This document shows, in pieces, positions 54,075 through 62,617 of a stretch of DNA of 64,000 nucleotides (its first letter is position 1; each line of letters opens with the position of its first letter). The translations under genes were made by a program, and so were the position numbers. Under the pieces are notes generated by a model, which worked only from the letters and a program-made list of their open reading frames with translations, was not told the DNA's origin and made no database searches. Source of the DNA: Desulfatiglandales bacterium (GTDB lineage Bacteria > Desulfobacterota > DSM-4660 > Desulfatiglandales > Desulfatiglandaceae); NCBI GenBank assembly GCA_963662465.1, contig OY759599.1, positions 6,464,001 through 6,528,000 on the forward strand, read 5' to 3'.

Positions 54075-54830
54075 ATGGAGACGCAAACAATAGAAGAAAT
54101 AAAACGGGTTATTATGGCTGAACTTCCAGAGCTTATGAGAAATGACCCGGATATGCGCAGTTTTATATTGAATGTCACCCGGGAAAGCTATTCGGACAAA
54201 AGAGAAACGGAAAGCCGCTTTGACCGGATGATGGATGAGTTGAAACGGGATCGCGAAGCCCGCGATAAAAAGTGGGCAGCTCAGGAGAAGAAGTGGGAAG
54301 CCTGGGAGAAGAAGTGGGATAAGGAGCACAAAGTTCAGGAGGAGAAATGGGAAGCCCAGGAGAAGAAATGGGAAAAAAACCAGCAGGTTATCAACGAGTT
54401 ATTGGAATCCGTCAAAAAGCTGGGGCAAAAGCATGACTCTACCCTTGGGGCTTTGGGGGCGAGATGGGGCTTGCATTCCGAATCCGCTTTTCGAAAAGGT
54501 CTGCGGGCCATTCTGGAGGGATCGTTCGGGGTGAAAGTGGAACGGTATGAAGACTACGACCACGAAGGGACCGTGTTCGGTCGGCCCGAACAGATCGAAT
54601 TGGACGTGTTGATCCACAATGGGACCCTGATCCTGTGCGAGATCAAATCGTCCATGAGCAAATCGGAGCTGTATACATTCTGGCGAAAGAAAAATTTCTA
54701 TGAAGAGAAACATGCCCGCAAGGCCAGTCGGGCGATGGTTATTTCACCCATGGTGGATGCGTATGCCCTTGCCGCGGCAGAGCAGCTGGATATCGAGATC
54801 TATGGATATGCTGAAGATGTTAAACCGTGA
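54075..54830 (+). CDS. DUF3782-like coiled-coil / PD-(D/E)xK nuclease-fold protein
   Basis: KKWEAQE repeats, ALGARWG..SE.AFR, ELDVLI...CEIKSS, VISPMV; SD GGAGG. Confidence 0.82.
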   Translation: METQTIEEIKRVIMAELPELMRNDPDMRSFILNVTRESYSDKRETESRFDRMMDELKRDREARDKKWAAQEKKWEAWEKKWDKEHKVQEEKWEAQEKKWEKNQQVINELLESVKKLGQKHDSTLGALGARWGLHSESAFRKGLRAILEGSFGVKVERYEDYDHEGTVFGRPEQIELDVLIHNGTLILCEIKSSMSKSELYTFWRKKNFYEEKHARKASRAMVISPMVDAYALAAAEQLDIEIYGYAEDVKP

Positions 54831-54930
54831 GCAGCGGTGTTGAAATGATAACCTTTGACTTATGACGGAATTGTTTATAAAAAGCAGAGAGATTTTTGTG
54901 AAACAACAAATCAAATTAAGGAGGTAGGTT

Positions 54931-55965
54931 ATGAAAATCGGATTGCGAATTCTTGTGGCGTTCGGGTTGCTGGCTTTTGTGGCGGGGCTTCCGGTCGCGG
55001 CGGTTGCCGGAACTTCGGACAAAATTAAATTCGGTCATGTGGCGCCGCCCTTTCATGGGCAGAGCAAGGGCGTGGATGCCTTTGCGGCCTATGTGAAGGA
55101 AAAAACCAACGGCAGAATCGATATTGCCACCTTCCCAATGGGTCAGTTGGGGGGGGAACGATCCATGGCGGAGCAGGCCCAGAGTGGGACCCTGCAGATT
55201 GCTTCCATTACGACGGCGGTACTCCAGAATTTTGTTCCCGAGGCGGCCATTCTGGATATGCCCTTTATTTTTCCGGATCGAAAAACCGCTTACGCAACCC
55301 TGGATGACCCCGAGGTGCAGAAAAAGATCTTTTCCTATTTTCCGAAAAAAGGATTTATTGCCATCGGTTGGACCGAAAACGAATTCAGGGATTTCACCAA
55401 CAACAAACGGCCGGTGCGCAAACCTGAAGATATCAAGGGCCTCAAGGTTCGGGTTATGAATTCCCCCGTTTATCTGGATACCTTCAAGCAACTGGGCGCA
55501 TCGCCCGTGGGCATTCCTTTTCCGGAAATTTATAATGCCCTCCAGACCGGCGTCATCGACGCACAGGAAAACCCTCTTCTCACATCTGTTCTCATGAAGT
55601 TTACCGAAGTGACCAAGAATGTGACCATCACCAACCACTGCCTTACGGAATGCATCATTGTGGTAAGTCCCGATTACTGGGAAACCCTTTCGCCGGAGGA
55701 CCGGCAGATTTTCAGGGAGGCTGCCAAAGTGGCCATTGACACCAACCGGAAAGTCAATGCCGAACTGCACGAGAAACTGCCGAAAATCGGCATCAGTATT
55801 GCGGAATACTGCAAAAAGAACGGGGTGGAAGTGATTGAATTGACCCCGAGCGAGCGTCAGGCGTTTCAGCAGGCAATGGTTCCTGTATGGAACAAATATC
55901 GCAAAAAAATCGGAAATGAAATTTTTGATTTCATGTTGAGTAAGATCAAAGAACATCAGCAGTAG
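54931..55965 (+). CDS. dctP: TRAP transporter solute-binding protein
   Basis: Signal peptide, GQLGGE, MPFIF, GLKVRV, YNALQTGVIDAQENP. Confidence 0.93.
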   Translation: MKIGLRILVAFGLLAFVAGLPVAAVAGTSDKIKFGHVAPPFHGQSKGVDAFAAYVKEKTNGRIDIATFPMGQLGGERSMAEQAQSGTLQIASITTAVLQNFVPEAAILDMPFIFPDRKTAYATLDDPEVQKKIFSYFPKKGFIAIGWTENEFRDFTNNKRPVRKPEDIKGLKVRVMNSPVYLDTFKQLGASPVGIPFPEIYNALQTGVIDAQENPLLTSVLMKFTEVTKNVTITNHCLTECIIVVSPDYWETLSPEDRQIFREAAKVAIDTNRKVNAELHEKLPKIGISIAEYCKKNGVEVIELTPSERQAFQQAMVPVWNKYRKKIGNEIFDFMLSKIKEHQQ

Positions 55966-55971
55966 CGGGCC

Positions 55972-55999
55972 GTAGGGGCGGACCTTTGTGTCCGCCCCT
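55972..55999 (+). repeat. GTAG-type REP palindrome
   Basis: GT-AGGGGCGGAC-ctttgt-GTCCGCCCCT: perfect 10-bp stem with a 5' GTAG. Confidence 0.75.
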
Positions 56000-56003
56000 T
56001 TCA

Positions 56004-56051
56004 AGTGAAAAGTGAATGGTGAAAAGTCTCTTCACTCTTCACTTGTCACTT
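56004..56051. repeat. Inverted heptamer hairpin between convergent dctP and purQ
   Basis: agtgaaa agtgaat ggtgaaa agt-ctcttcactcttcacttgtcactt; contains the purQ stop. Confidence 0.85.
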
Positions 56052-56873
56052 CTTATTAAAATAGTCCACCGCATTTCGAAAGATGGCAATTCCCCCCCCT
56101 TCTTCTCCTTCAATGCTTTCCCCCCGGCGGGCAAGGGCTAGTTTACGCCGGGGCCAGTCCGGGTGATTGGTGAAATGGTTAAATGCCTCCGGGTGCGGCA
56201 TCAGCCCGAAGATGCGACCCGTTGGATCGCAGATGCCGGCGATATCGGAAAGGGATCCATTGGGATTTGAGGGCCATGCGCCATTGGCGGGGTTTCCATT
56301 GAGGTCGGCGTATTGCAGCGCCACCTGGTTGTTTTGAAAAAGCCGTTCGATGGTATCTGCTGTGGCGTAAAATTTTCCCTCCCCATGCCGAATCGGGAGT
56401 TCCACACGGGTCATGTTCCTGGTGAAGACATTCGGGGAAGCTGGATTTACCTTTAAATTTACCCAGGTATCGATAAAATTCCCCGAGTCATTATGGGCGA
56501 GGGCCACCTGCCGGTCCTCATATTTCCCGTCAAACGCCGGCAGTAACCCTAGATTGACCAGGGCCTGGAAACCGTTGCATATGCCCAGGATCAGATTTCC
56601 CGCGCCAACAAAGTCTTTGAGTTGTTGACCCAGATGCCGTTTCATTTTTGAGGCCATGAGGACTCCCGCACCGTGGTCGTCGGCCCAGCTGAAACCGCCC
56701 CCGAAGACCAGGATTTGATAGCCTTCAAGGGATCTTAAGGAATCGCTGTCGCTGATCAGTTGATTGATGTGCAACCTGTGGGAATCTGCGCCGGCCTGTT
56801 GCAACGAAAAGTCGGTTTCATTATCGCAATTCAGTCCATAGCCGGTGAGGACCATCGCTTTTACTTTTGTCAT
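56046..56873 (-). CDS. purQ: FGAM synthase glutaminase subunit
   Basis: GGFSWAD, GICNGFQ, NDSG.F, RHGEG, NPNGS, MPHPE; ATGA coupling to purL. Confidence 0.94.
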   Translation of the reverse strand: MTKVKAMVLTGYGLNCDNETDFSLQQAGADSHRLHINQLISDSDSLRSLEGYQILVFGGGFSWADDHGAGVLMASKMKRHLGQQLKDFVGAGNLILGICNGFQALVNLGLLPAFDGKYEDRQVALAHNDSGNFIDTWVNLKVNPASPNVFTRNMTRVELPIRHGEGKFYATADTIERLFQNNQVALQYADLNGNPANGAWPSNPNGSLSDIAGICDPTGRIFGLMPHPEAFNHFTNHPDWPRRKLALARRGESIEGEEGGGIAIFRNAVDYFNKK

Positions 56874-59863
56874 ATCAGATCTCCAAAAGGCTGTTTCCAT
56901 GAATCCTTTAAACGGATGATATTTTCCCTGAGAATGGTTCCGTCTCTATCCCCGGTGATGATAAAATCCAGATGTTCAGTGACAACGCCGATCTTAGCCA
57001 GGGTCATTCCGGGGAAAAGTTTTTCAAAGGGCGCTTTTTTCTCCGGCGCCACCGTTAAAATGAACCTGCCGCATGATTCCGAGTAGAGTTTCTGAGCGGT
57101 TGTGAGTTCCTTTGCACAGGGGATCAACAGCAACGAAACGGTCATCCCCAATTCCCCGCCCATGGCGGCGAGCGCCAGGTGAACCGCCAGCCCGCCCCGT
57201 GAGACCGCGTGACAGGATGAGACCAGGTCGCGCTTTATGGCCTGGTGAAGGGCCAGGTATTGGGGAAGAAATTCTTCCGGAAAAACGTTGGGCACGTTAA
57301 GACCAATCTGTTCCATCATCTGGTAATACTCGCTCGCACCCAGTTCATTTCGGGTCTCTCCCAACACATAGACCAGGTCCCCCGGGAATTTGACGTCCAT
57401 GGTAACGGCTGTGGCGATATCTTCCATGACGCTTGAAACGGTAAAGAGCAGGGTCGGCAATCCGGATACCTTGCGCCGTTCCCCGAAGGGTCCTTTGAGG
57501 TTGCCGTCAATATACATGCTGTCTTTTCCCGAAAGAAGGGGGATGCCATATTGAAGACAGGTGTCCCGCAGGGCGCGGTTGGAGCGGACTAGTTGAGCGG
57601 CTTTGTATTTGCCGTCCGGATTGCGAACGGGATCATACTCGATGGTGGGCCAGCAGAAATTGTCCACGCCGGCCAGATGGTTCGGGTCGGCGCCCACAGC
57701 CAGAACCTTTCTGACGGCTTCGTCCATGGTGGCTGCGGTCATGTGGTAAGTATCAATTTTGGAATAGGCGGGATTCAGGGCCTGGGATACGGCAATTCCC
57801 TTCCGGGCCTTCAGTACGGGGCGAATTACCGCCGCATCCGAAGGAACGTCCCGTCCTTTTCCCACCAGGGGTTTGATGACGCTGGTTCCCTGAACTTCAT
57901 GATCATATTGCCGGCTGATCCAGTTGCGGGAGCAGATGTTGGGTCTTTTCAGCATGGCGTGAAGGAGTTTGCCGTGATCCCGGGGTTCCGTGATCACCGG
58001 TTCCGTCAGGCCTCTGATGCCGGGGGGGATCCATTCGGCATCAAACTCCCACTGGGGGAAATCGGATTCCAGGAGGTCCATTCGAATGTAGGCGCAGGTC
58101 TTCTGGTGATATTGCAGGTGCAGAAAACCGGAATCAGTATATTCCCCGATGACCGTGCTCAACACCGCATGCTTTTGGGAGAGGGCCATGAAACGGTCCA
58201 GATGTTCCGGTTTCACAGCAATGGTCATCCGTTCCTGGGATTCGGATATCCAGATCTCCCACTGGTTCAATCCTTCATATTTCAGGGGGACCCTGTCCAG
58301 GTGTACGATGCAGCCGTTGCTGAAACGGGCCGACTCGCCCACGGAGGAAGAAAGACCCCCGCCCCCATTGTCGGTGATATAGTGAATCAAGCCTTCATCC
58401 CGGGTTTCCAGGAGAAAATCGTGCATCTTTTTCTGGGTATAGGGGTCGCCGATCTGCACATGCCCCGCCGGGGTATTTTCGGAGTAGGTTTCAGACGCCG
58501 CCGTTACCCCGTGAATGCCGTCCTTTCCAACCCTTCCGCCGCTCATGATGATGAGGTCACCGGGGGATGTGGTTTTTTCGTGTGACGGTTTATTTTCCAC
58601 CATTGAAGGCATAATGCCCAATGCCGTCACAAAAACCAGGCATTTTCCGGTGAAGGTTTCATCAAAAAGAAGGAGGCCGTAGGGCGTGGGAATGCCGCTT
58701 TTGTTGCCGCCGTCGCGAACCCCTTCGATGATGCCGTCCAGGAGACGTCTTGGGTGAAGGTGGGGTTCAAGGGCGCCATGGTAATCCCTGTGCCCCACGC
58801 AATACCCATACATGCCCAAAATGAGTTTTGATCCTTTTCCGGTTCCCATGGGATCCCGGTAAATTCCCACGATTCCGGTGATGGATCCGCCATAGGCTTC
58901 CATGTTGGATGGGCTGTTGTGGGTTTCACCCGTGATGCAGTAGTAATGGTCCGGGTCGAAGCGGGCCACCCCCGCGTTATCCCACAAAACGGAGACGACC
59001 CAATCCTTCTCTTTCTGGATTTTGAGTGTCGGCGCCTCGATGCAGGTTTTAAAGAGGCTGTCGATGGTTTCCCGGTTTCCGGTGTAAAGGTTGTGATAAT
59101 TAAATTTTCCCCGGAAGGTGTTGTGGTTGCAGTGGTCGCTTCGGGCCTGGGAAATGTATTCCAGCTCCACATCGGTGGGAAGATCCAGCCCCACTTTTTT
59201 TCTTTCCCGCCGGATGTCTTCCCGTAAAAAATAGTTGCGGATGACCGGGATGTCTCGATCCTGAAGCGCCAGATTTCGCTCTTTGGAAATGTGTTTCAGT
59301 GCCTCATTGCTCTCAATGGACAAGGTGTTTACTTCCGGTTCATGGACCAGGATCACCTTGGGTATCAAAAATCCCAGGCCTTCGTCGGGATTCCAGTCCT
59401 CGGTGGAAAAAATTTTCCATTGTTGAATGGCCGCGTTGGCCAGCAGTTCCGCTGCCATGCGGTGGGCCTGGTCTCGTGTGAGGTTTCCTCTGATTTCATA
59501 GCATTTTGAGGTGTAAACCGCCTCCCCGGGTTTAAACGTAACGCCCAGAAGGTCTTCGATGGCTTCACGGGCGGTGCTCCCCGCAGTATCTCGTACGCCC
59601 GGACGGAACCCCACCCAGATAAGCCAGTCAAAATTCCTTTGCATGGGCGAATAGGCGCTTTGCTCGGTGATGGGGTTCGTAAATATATCGTTTTGAATAC
59701 GGTGCAGTTGATCGGTCGAAAAATCGGCGTCAATGGTCAGAACCCGGATGACCCGAACCTCATCCACGTCAAACCCGAAGTACGCCTTCGATTTTTTTTG
59801 AATGCCGGCCCCCGATGCATCCGGGAGCGCGTCTTTCAATCTTATTTCCAGTCTGAATGTCAT
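56870..59863 (-). CDS. purL: FGAM synthase synthetase subunit with an N-terminal PurS-like region
   Basis: SDHCNH, ETHNSP, GRVGKDGIHG, VQIGDP, DNGGGGLSS, SESQERM, QYDHEV, SGKDSM. Confidence 0.95.
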   Translation of the reverse strand: MTFRLEIRLKDALPDASGAGIQKKSKAYFGFDVDEVRVIRVLTIDADFSTDQLHRIQNDIFTNPITEQSAYSPMQRNFDWLIWVGFRPGVRDTAGSTAREAIEDLLGVTFKPGEAVYTSKCYEIRGNLTRDQAHRMAAELLANAAIQQWKIFSTEDWNPDEGLGFLIPKVILVHEPEVNTLSIESNEALKHISKERNLALQDRDIPVIRNYFLREDIRRERKKVGLDLPTDVELEYISQARSDHCNHNTFRGKFNYHNLYTGNRETIDSLFKTCIEAPTLKIQKEKDWVVSVLWDNAGVARFDPDHYYCITGETHNSPSNMEAYGGSITGIVGIYRDPMGTGKGSKLILGMYGYCVGHRDYHGALEPHLHPRRLLDGIIEGVRDGGNKSGIPTPYGLLLFDETFTGKCLVFVTALGIMPSMVENKPSHEKTTSPGDLIIMSGGRVGKDGIHGVTAASETYSENTPAGHVQIGDPYTQKKMHDFLLETRDEGLIHYITDNGGGGLSSSVGESARFSNGCIVHLDRVPLKYEGLNQWEIWISESQERMTIAVKPEHLDRFMALSQKHAVLSTVIGEYTDSGFLHLQYHQKTCAYIRMDLLESDFPQWEFDAEWIPPGIRGLTEPVITEPRDHGKLLHAMLKRPNICSRNWISRQYDHEVQGTSVIKPLVGKGRDVPSDAAVIRPVLKARKGIAVSQALNPAYSKIDTYHMTAATMDEAVRKVLAVGADPNHLAGVDNFCWPTIEYDPVRNPDGKYKAAQLVRSNRALRDTCLQYGIPLLSGKDSMYIDGNLKGPFGERRKVSGLPTLLFTVSSVMEDIATAVTMDVKFPGDLVYVLGETRNELGASEYYQMMEQIGLNVPNVFPEEFLPQYLALHQAIKRDLVSSCHAVSRGGLAVHLALAAMGGELGMTVSLLLIPCAKELTTAQKLYSESCGRFILTVAPEKKAPFEKLFPGMTLAKIGVVTEHLDFIITGDRDGTILRENIIRLKDSWKQPFGDLI

Positions 59864-59878
59864 GGGTATATACCTCTT

Positions 59879-60053
59879 TTAGCTGTTAGCCGTTAGCCGT
59901 TAGCTGTTAGCTTGTGGATAAAACTATTCAATATTCTCTTTATCGCATTGACCTTTCGAACACAATCTCTTATGAATTTATTTTAAATGTCGACCATTAA
60001 CGGCTAACGGCTAACGGCTAACGGCTAACGGCTAACGGCTAACGGCTAACAGC
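59879..60053. repeat. Inverted heptamer arrays, (GTTAGCY)5 at 59879-59912 and (TAACRGC)8 at 59998-60053, around an 85-bp core
   Basis: Seven perfect TAACGGC units plus TAACAGC; complementary to the left array. Confidence 0.95.
59893..59997 (-). pseudogene. Probable internally deleted four-helix-bundle (23S-IVP/TIGR02436-like) gene remnant
   Basis: Minus frame reads MVDI*NKFIRDCVRKVNAIKRILNSFIHKLTANG*; the tail resembles the last helix of this family and ends in the repeat. Confidence 0.55.
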
Positions 60054-60201
60054 TTTCTAACTTGAAACAAAGAGCGTCGTCAACTGACATTTTTTTGCAG
60101 GGCGCTTTGCCGGGCAGCACCCTGAACTTGAAATTAAAATGTCAATGCGTATCTTTTTTAAAATGTATTGACACAGGTTAATGTTAAGGAGCGACTTGCC
60201 A

Positions 60202-62028
60202 ATGGAAAAACTGGAAACAGAAGCGACCGAAAAAAAGAGTGCCGGAAGGCTTCCCAATCAGCGAGAACTTGAAAAAGAATTGGGAGATTATCTTTCAAAA
60301 AAATATGGTGATCGCGTCAAAATTATTTCTCCGTTTGTTCTTCCCAAAAAGGATCCAACAGATCAGAAGAGTCCAAAGTCCGGCCCCGACGGGGCTGATA
60401 TGGATGATTTTTTTATGATGCCCGAGGAAATGGCATCTTACCTGGATGGCTTTGTGGTGAAACAGGATCAGGTCAAGGCCGTCCTGGGAACAAAAATATG
60501 TACGCATTTTAATCGGATCAGGTTTAATCGCCAAAAGGAAGCTGAAAACCTTGGCGGAACCGGTAAAAGGTCCGGCGTCGGGATGATCAAAAATAATGTG
60601 TTGATGATCGGTCCCACCGGCGTGGGGAAGACCTATATCATCAAACTCATTGCGCAGAAGCTGGGCGTTCCCTTTGTCAAAGGCGATGCCACCAAATTCA
60701 GCGAGACCGGTTACGTGGGTGGGGACGTTGAAGATCTCATTCGGGATCTGGTTTACGAAGCGGATGACAACATTGAGTTGGCCGAGAACGGCATTGTTTA
60801 TATTGATGAGATTGATAAAATATCATCCTCCAGGAATTTAATCGGACACGATATCTCCCGGACCGGCGTTCAGCGGGCCTTGTTAAAGCCCATGGAGGAG
60901 ACCGATATCGACATGAAGGTCCCGCATGATCCCATCAGTCAAATTCAGGCCATTGAGCATTACAGGCGTACGGGAAAAAAGGAAAAAAAGGTGGTCAACA
61001 CCAAAAACATCCTTTTTATCATGAGTGGCGCTTTTGGCGATTTGACCGATATCGTTAAGAAAAGACTGCAGCGACAGGGGATTGGGTTCGAGGCCGATGT
61101 GCGATCCACCGAGATTCCGTGGGAAATATTAAAAGAGGTGCGTGCCCAGGATCTGGTTGAATTCGGGTTCGAGTCTGAGTTCGTGGGAAGGCTGCCGGTG
61201 GTGGTGGTGTTTGACGAGCTGACAAAGGACGATCTGTTTGAGATTCTCAAAAATCCGAATAATCCTATTATCATCAGCAAACGGATGGATTTCAGAGCCT
61301 ATGGGATCGATGTTAAATTTGAAGATGATGCGTTGAAACGCATTGCCGAATTGGCGGCAACGGAAAAGACCGGCGCCAGAGGGTTGGTGAGCGCCATTGA
61401 AAAAGTCCTGATTCCTTTTGAAACCCACTTGCCCTCAACAAACATCAAACAATTCCTGGTGACACGGGAAGTGGTTGATGATTCTGACGCGCAATTGTCG
61501 CTTTTGATGGAAAAGTCGGATGATGCGTGGATCGACCGTTTCGAAAAAGCGAAAAAGCATGAAATGGATGAGATCAAGCAGTATATCGTGGAACGGTCTG
61601 AGTATTTCAGCGATAAATTGGGCCTCGATTTTTATGATCGACGGCGGGAATTGATTGCGAGGCTCTATTTGCGGGATGTCACGGATATTGATATGGCCAT
61701 TGAAAAATTCAGAGCCATGTATGAGCAGATCCATGCCGAAAATGACGCCCTGAGGCAAAATCTCGATGTGAAAATCGTCTTTGATGATAGCGCCGTGGAC
61801 GAGATTATCCATCAAGCAGTAGAATCGGGCCAGGATGCCAGGCACCTGACCTTTCAATTGGCCAAGCAGCTTGAGTATGGGCTCAGGCTGGTGAAAGACC
61901 GTGCCGGTATGGCAGAGTTTATCATTAACAGCGCGGCGCTCACGGATATGGAGTCATTTATCAACGATCTTGTGAAGCGGGCATATCATGATCAAGATTC
62001 TCCCACCGCGGAGAAAACGGAAGAATGA
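60202..62028 (+). CDS. ClpX-like AAA+ ATPase lacking the zinc-binding domain, with a C-terminal extension
   Basis: GPTGVGKT, DATKFSETGYVGGDVE, YIDEIDK, GVQRALLK, IGF loop, EFVGRLP, TGARGL; SD AGGAG. Confidence 0.85.
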   Translation: MEKLETEATEKKSAGRLPNQRELEKELGDYLSKKYGDRVKIISPFVLPKKDPTDQKSPKSGPDGADMDDFFMMPEEMASYLDGFVVKQDQVKAVLGTKICTHFNRIRFNRQKEAENLGGTGKRSGVGMIKNNVLMIGPTGVGKTYIIKLIAQKLGVPFVKGDATKFSETGYVGGDVEDLIRDLVYEADDNIELAENGIVYIDEIDKISSSRNLIGHDISRTGVQRALLKPMEETDIDMKVPHDPISQIQAIEHYRRTGKKEKKVVNTKNILFIMSGAFGDLTDIVKKRLQRQGIGFEADVRSTEIPWEILKEVRAQDLVEFGFESEFVGRLPVVVVFDELTKDDLFEILKNPNNPIIISKRMDFRAYGIDVKFEDDALKRIAELAATEKTGARGLVSAIEKVLIPFETHLPSTNIKQFLVTREVVDDSDAQLSLLMEKSDDAWIDRFEKAKKHEMDEIKQYIVERSEYFSDKLGLDFYDRRRELIARLYLRDVTDIDMAIEKFRAMYEQIHAENDALRQNLDVKIVFDDSAVDEIIHQAVESGQDARHLTFQLAKQLEYGLRLVKDRAGMAEFIINSAALTDMESFINDLVKRAYHDQDSPTAEKTEE

Positions 62029-62037
62029 AAGCGAATA

Positions 62038-62081
62038 ACAGCTCACGGCTCACGGTTTTTCAACCGTACACCGTGAGCTGT
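62038..62081. terminator. Hairpin built from (CTCACRG) heptamers between convergent genes
   Basis: ACAGCTCACGG (62038-62048) pairs with CCGTGAGCTGT (62071-62081); inner ACGGTT/AACCGT. Confidence 0.65.
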
Positions 62082-62099
62082 AAAAAAATAGTTGCACCG

Positions 62100-62543
62100 T
62101 TATTTCGTTAAGGAATTCTCATAAGCTTCATCAATTCTTTGTCCCACATAGGAGATGGCGCCTTCGTTGTTTTCGTAAAGGTCAAAACAGTAGCCGTCTT
62201 CACCCAGCAGCCCCCCCGGCACCAGATCCCCTTCTTCGTCGGGATCCGTTACGAGGTCACCGTAAAAACATACTGACAGCCACCGGTTGTCCGGGTCGTC
62301 ATCTACGATGTCGATCATGGTGATCAGTGTTCCCTCTTCATCTTTTGCCTTGGTTCTGGCGCGAAGAGAGTAGCTGATGCCGGGTCTCGGAATAAAAGAT
62401 AAGGTGGCTCCATTTTTTTCCGAGAACCGATTGGCCAGCCTGAGGAAGACACCTTTCATATCCAGTTCATCCCGTGTCCATTTTTCCAGGATTTCTGAGA
62501 GATTAACGAAATCCTCGTGTCTTGAAAACATGTTCTCTTGCAT
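62100..62543 (-). CDS. Conserved hypothetical acidic protein
   Basis: RPGISYSLR, DIVDDDP..RWLSVCFY, DP.EEGDLVPGGLLGEDGYCFD; SD AGGAG. Confidence 0.8.
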   Translation of the reverse strand: MQENMFSRHEDFVNLSEILEKWTRDELDMKGVFLRLANRFSEKNGATLSFIPRPGISYSLRARTKAKDEEGTLITMIDIVDDDPDNRWLSVCFYGDLVTDPDEEGDLVPGGLLGEDGYCFDLYENNEGAISYVGQRIDEAYENSLTK

Positions 62544-62589
62544 TGCTAAACTTTGCTCCTTAAAAACAAGAAATTTATTGACGGAATAA

Positions 62590-62610
62590 CTTAAAACTTA
62601 AAACCTAAAA
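62590..62610. repeat. (CYTAAAA)3 heptamer array
   Basis: cttaaaa cttaaaa cctaaaa. Confidence 0.55.
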
Positions 62611-62617
62611 CCGCGGA

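Noticed and set aside
52261..54830. Dpd-type 7-deazaguanine DNA modification/restriction island
   Set aside because: No dpdA/tgt-like gene or dpdB-K genes are present; queDEC look like ordinary housekeeping copies.
59913..59921. Perfect DnaA box TGTGGATAA upstream of purL
   Set aside because: It is a single box with no cluster or unwinding element, and it coincides with the Phe-Ile-His codons of the proposed gene remnant, so it is probably chance.
59998..60053. CRISPR array or replication iterons
   Set aside because: The 7-bp units are contiguous with no spacers, and there is no cas or rep gene in the window.
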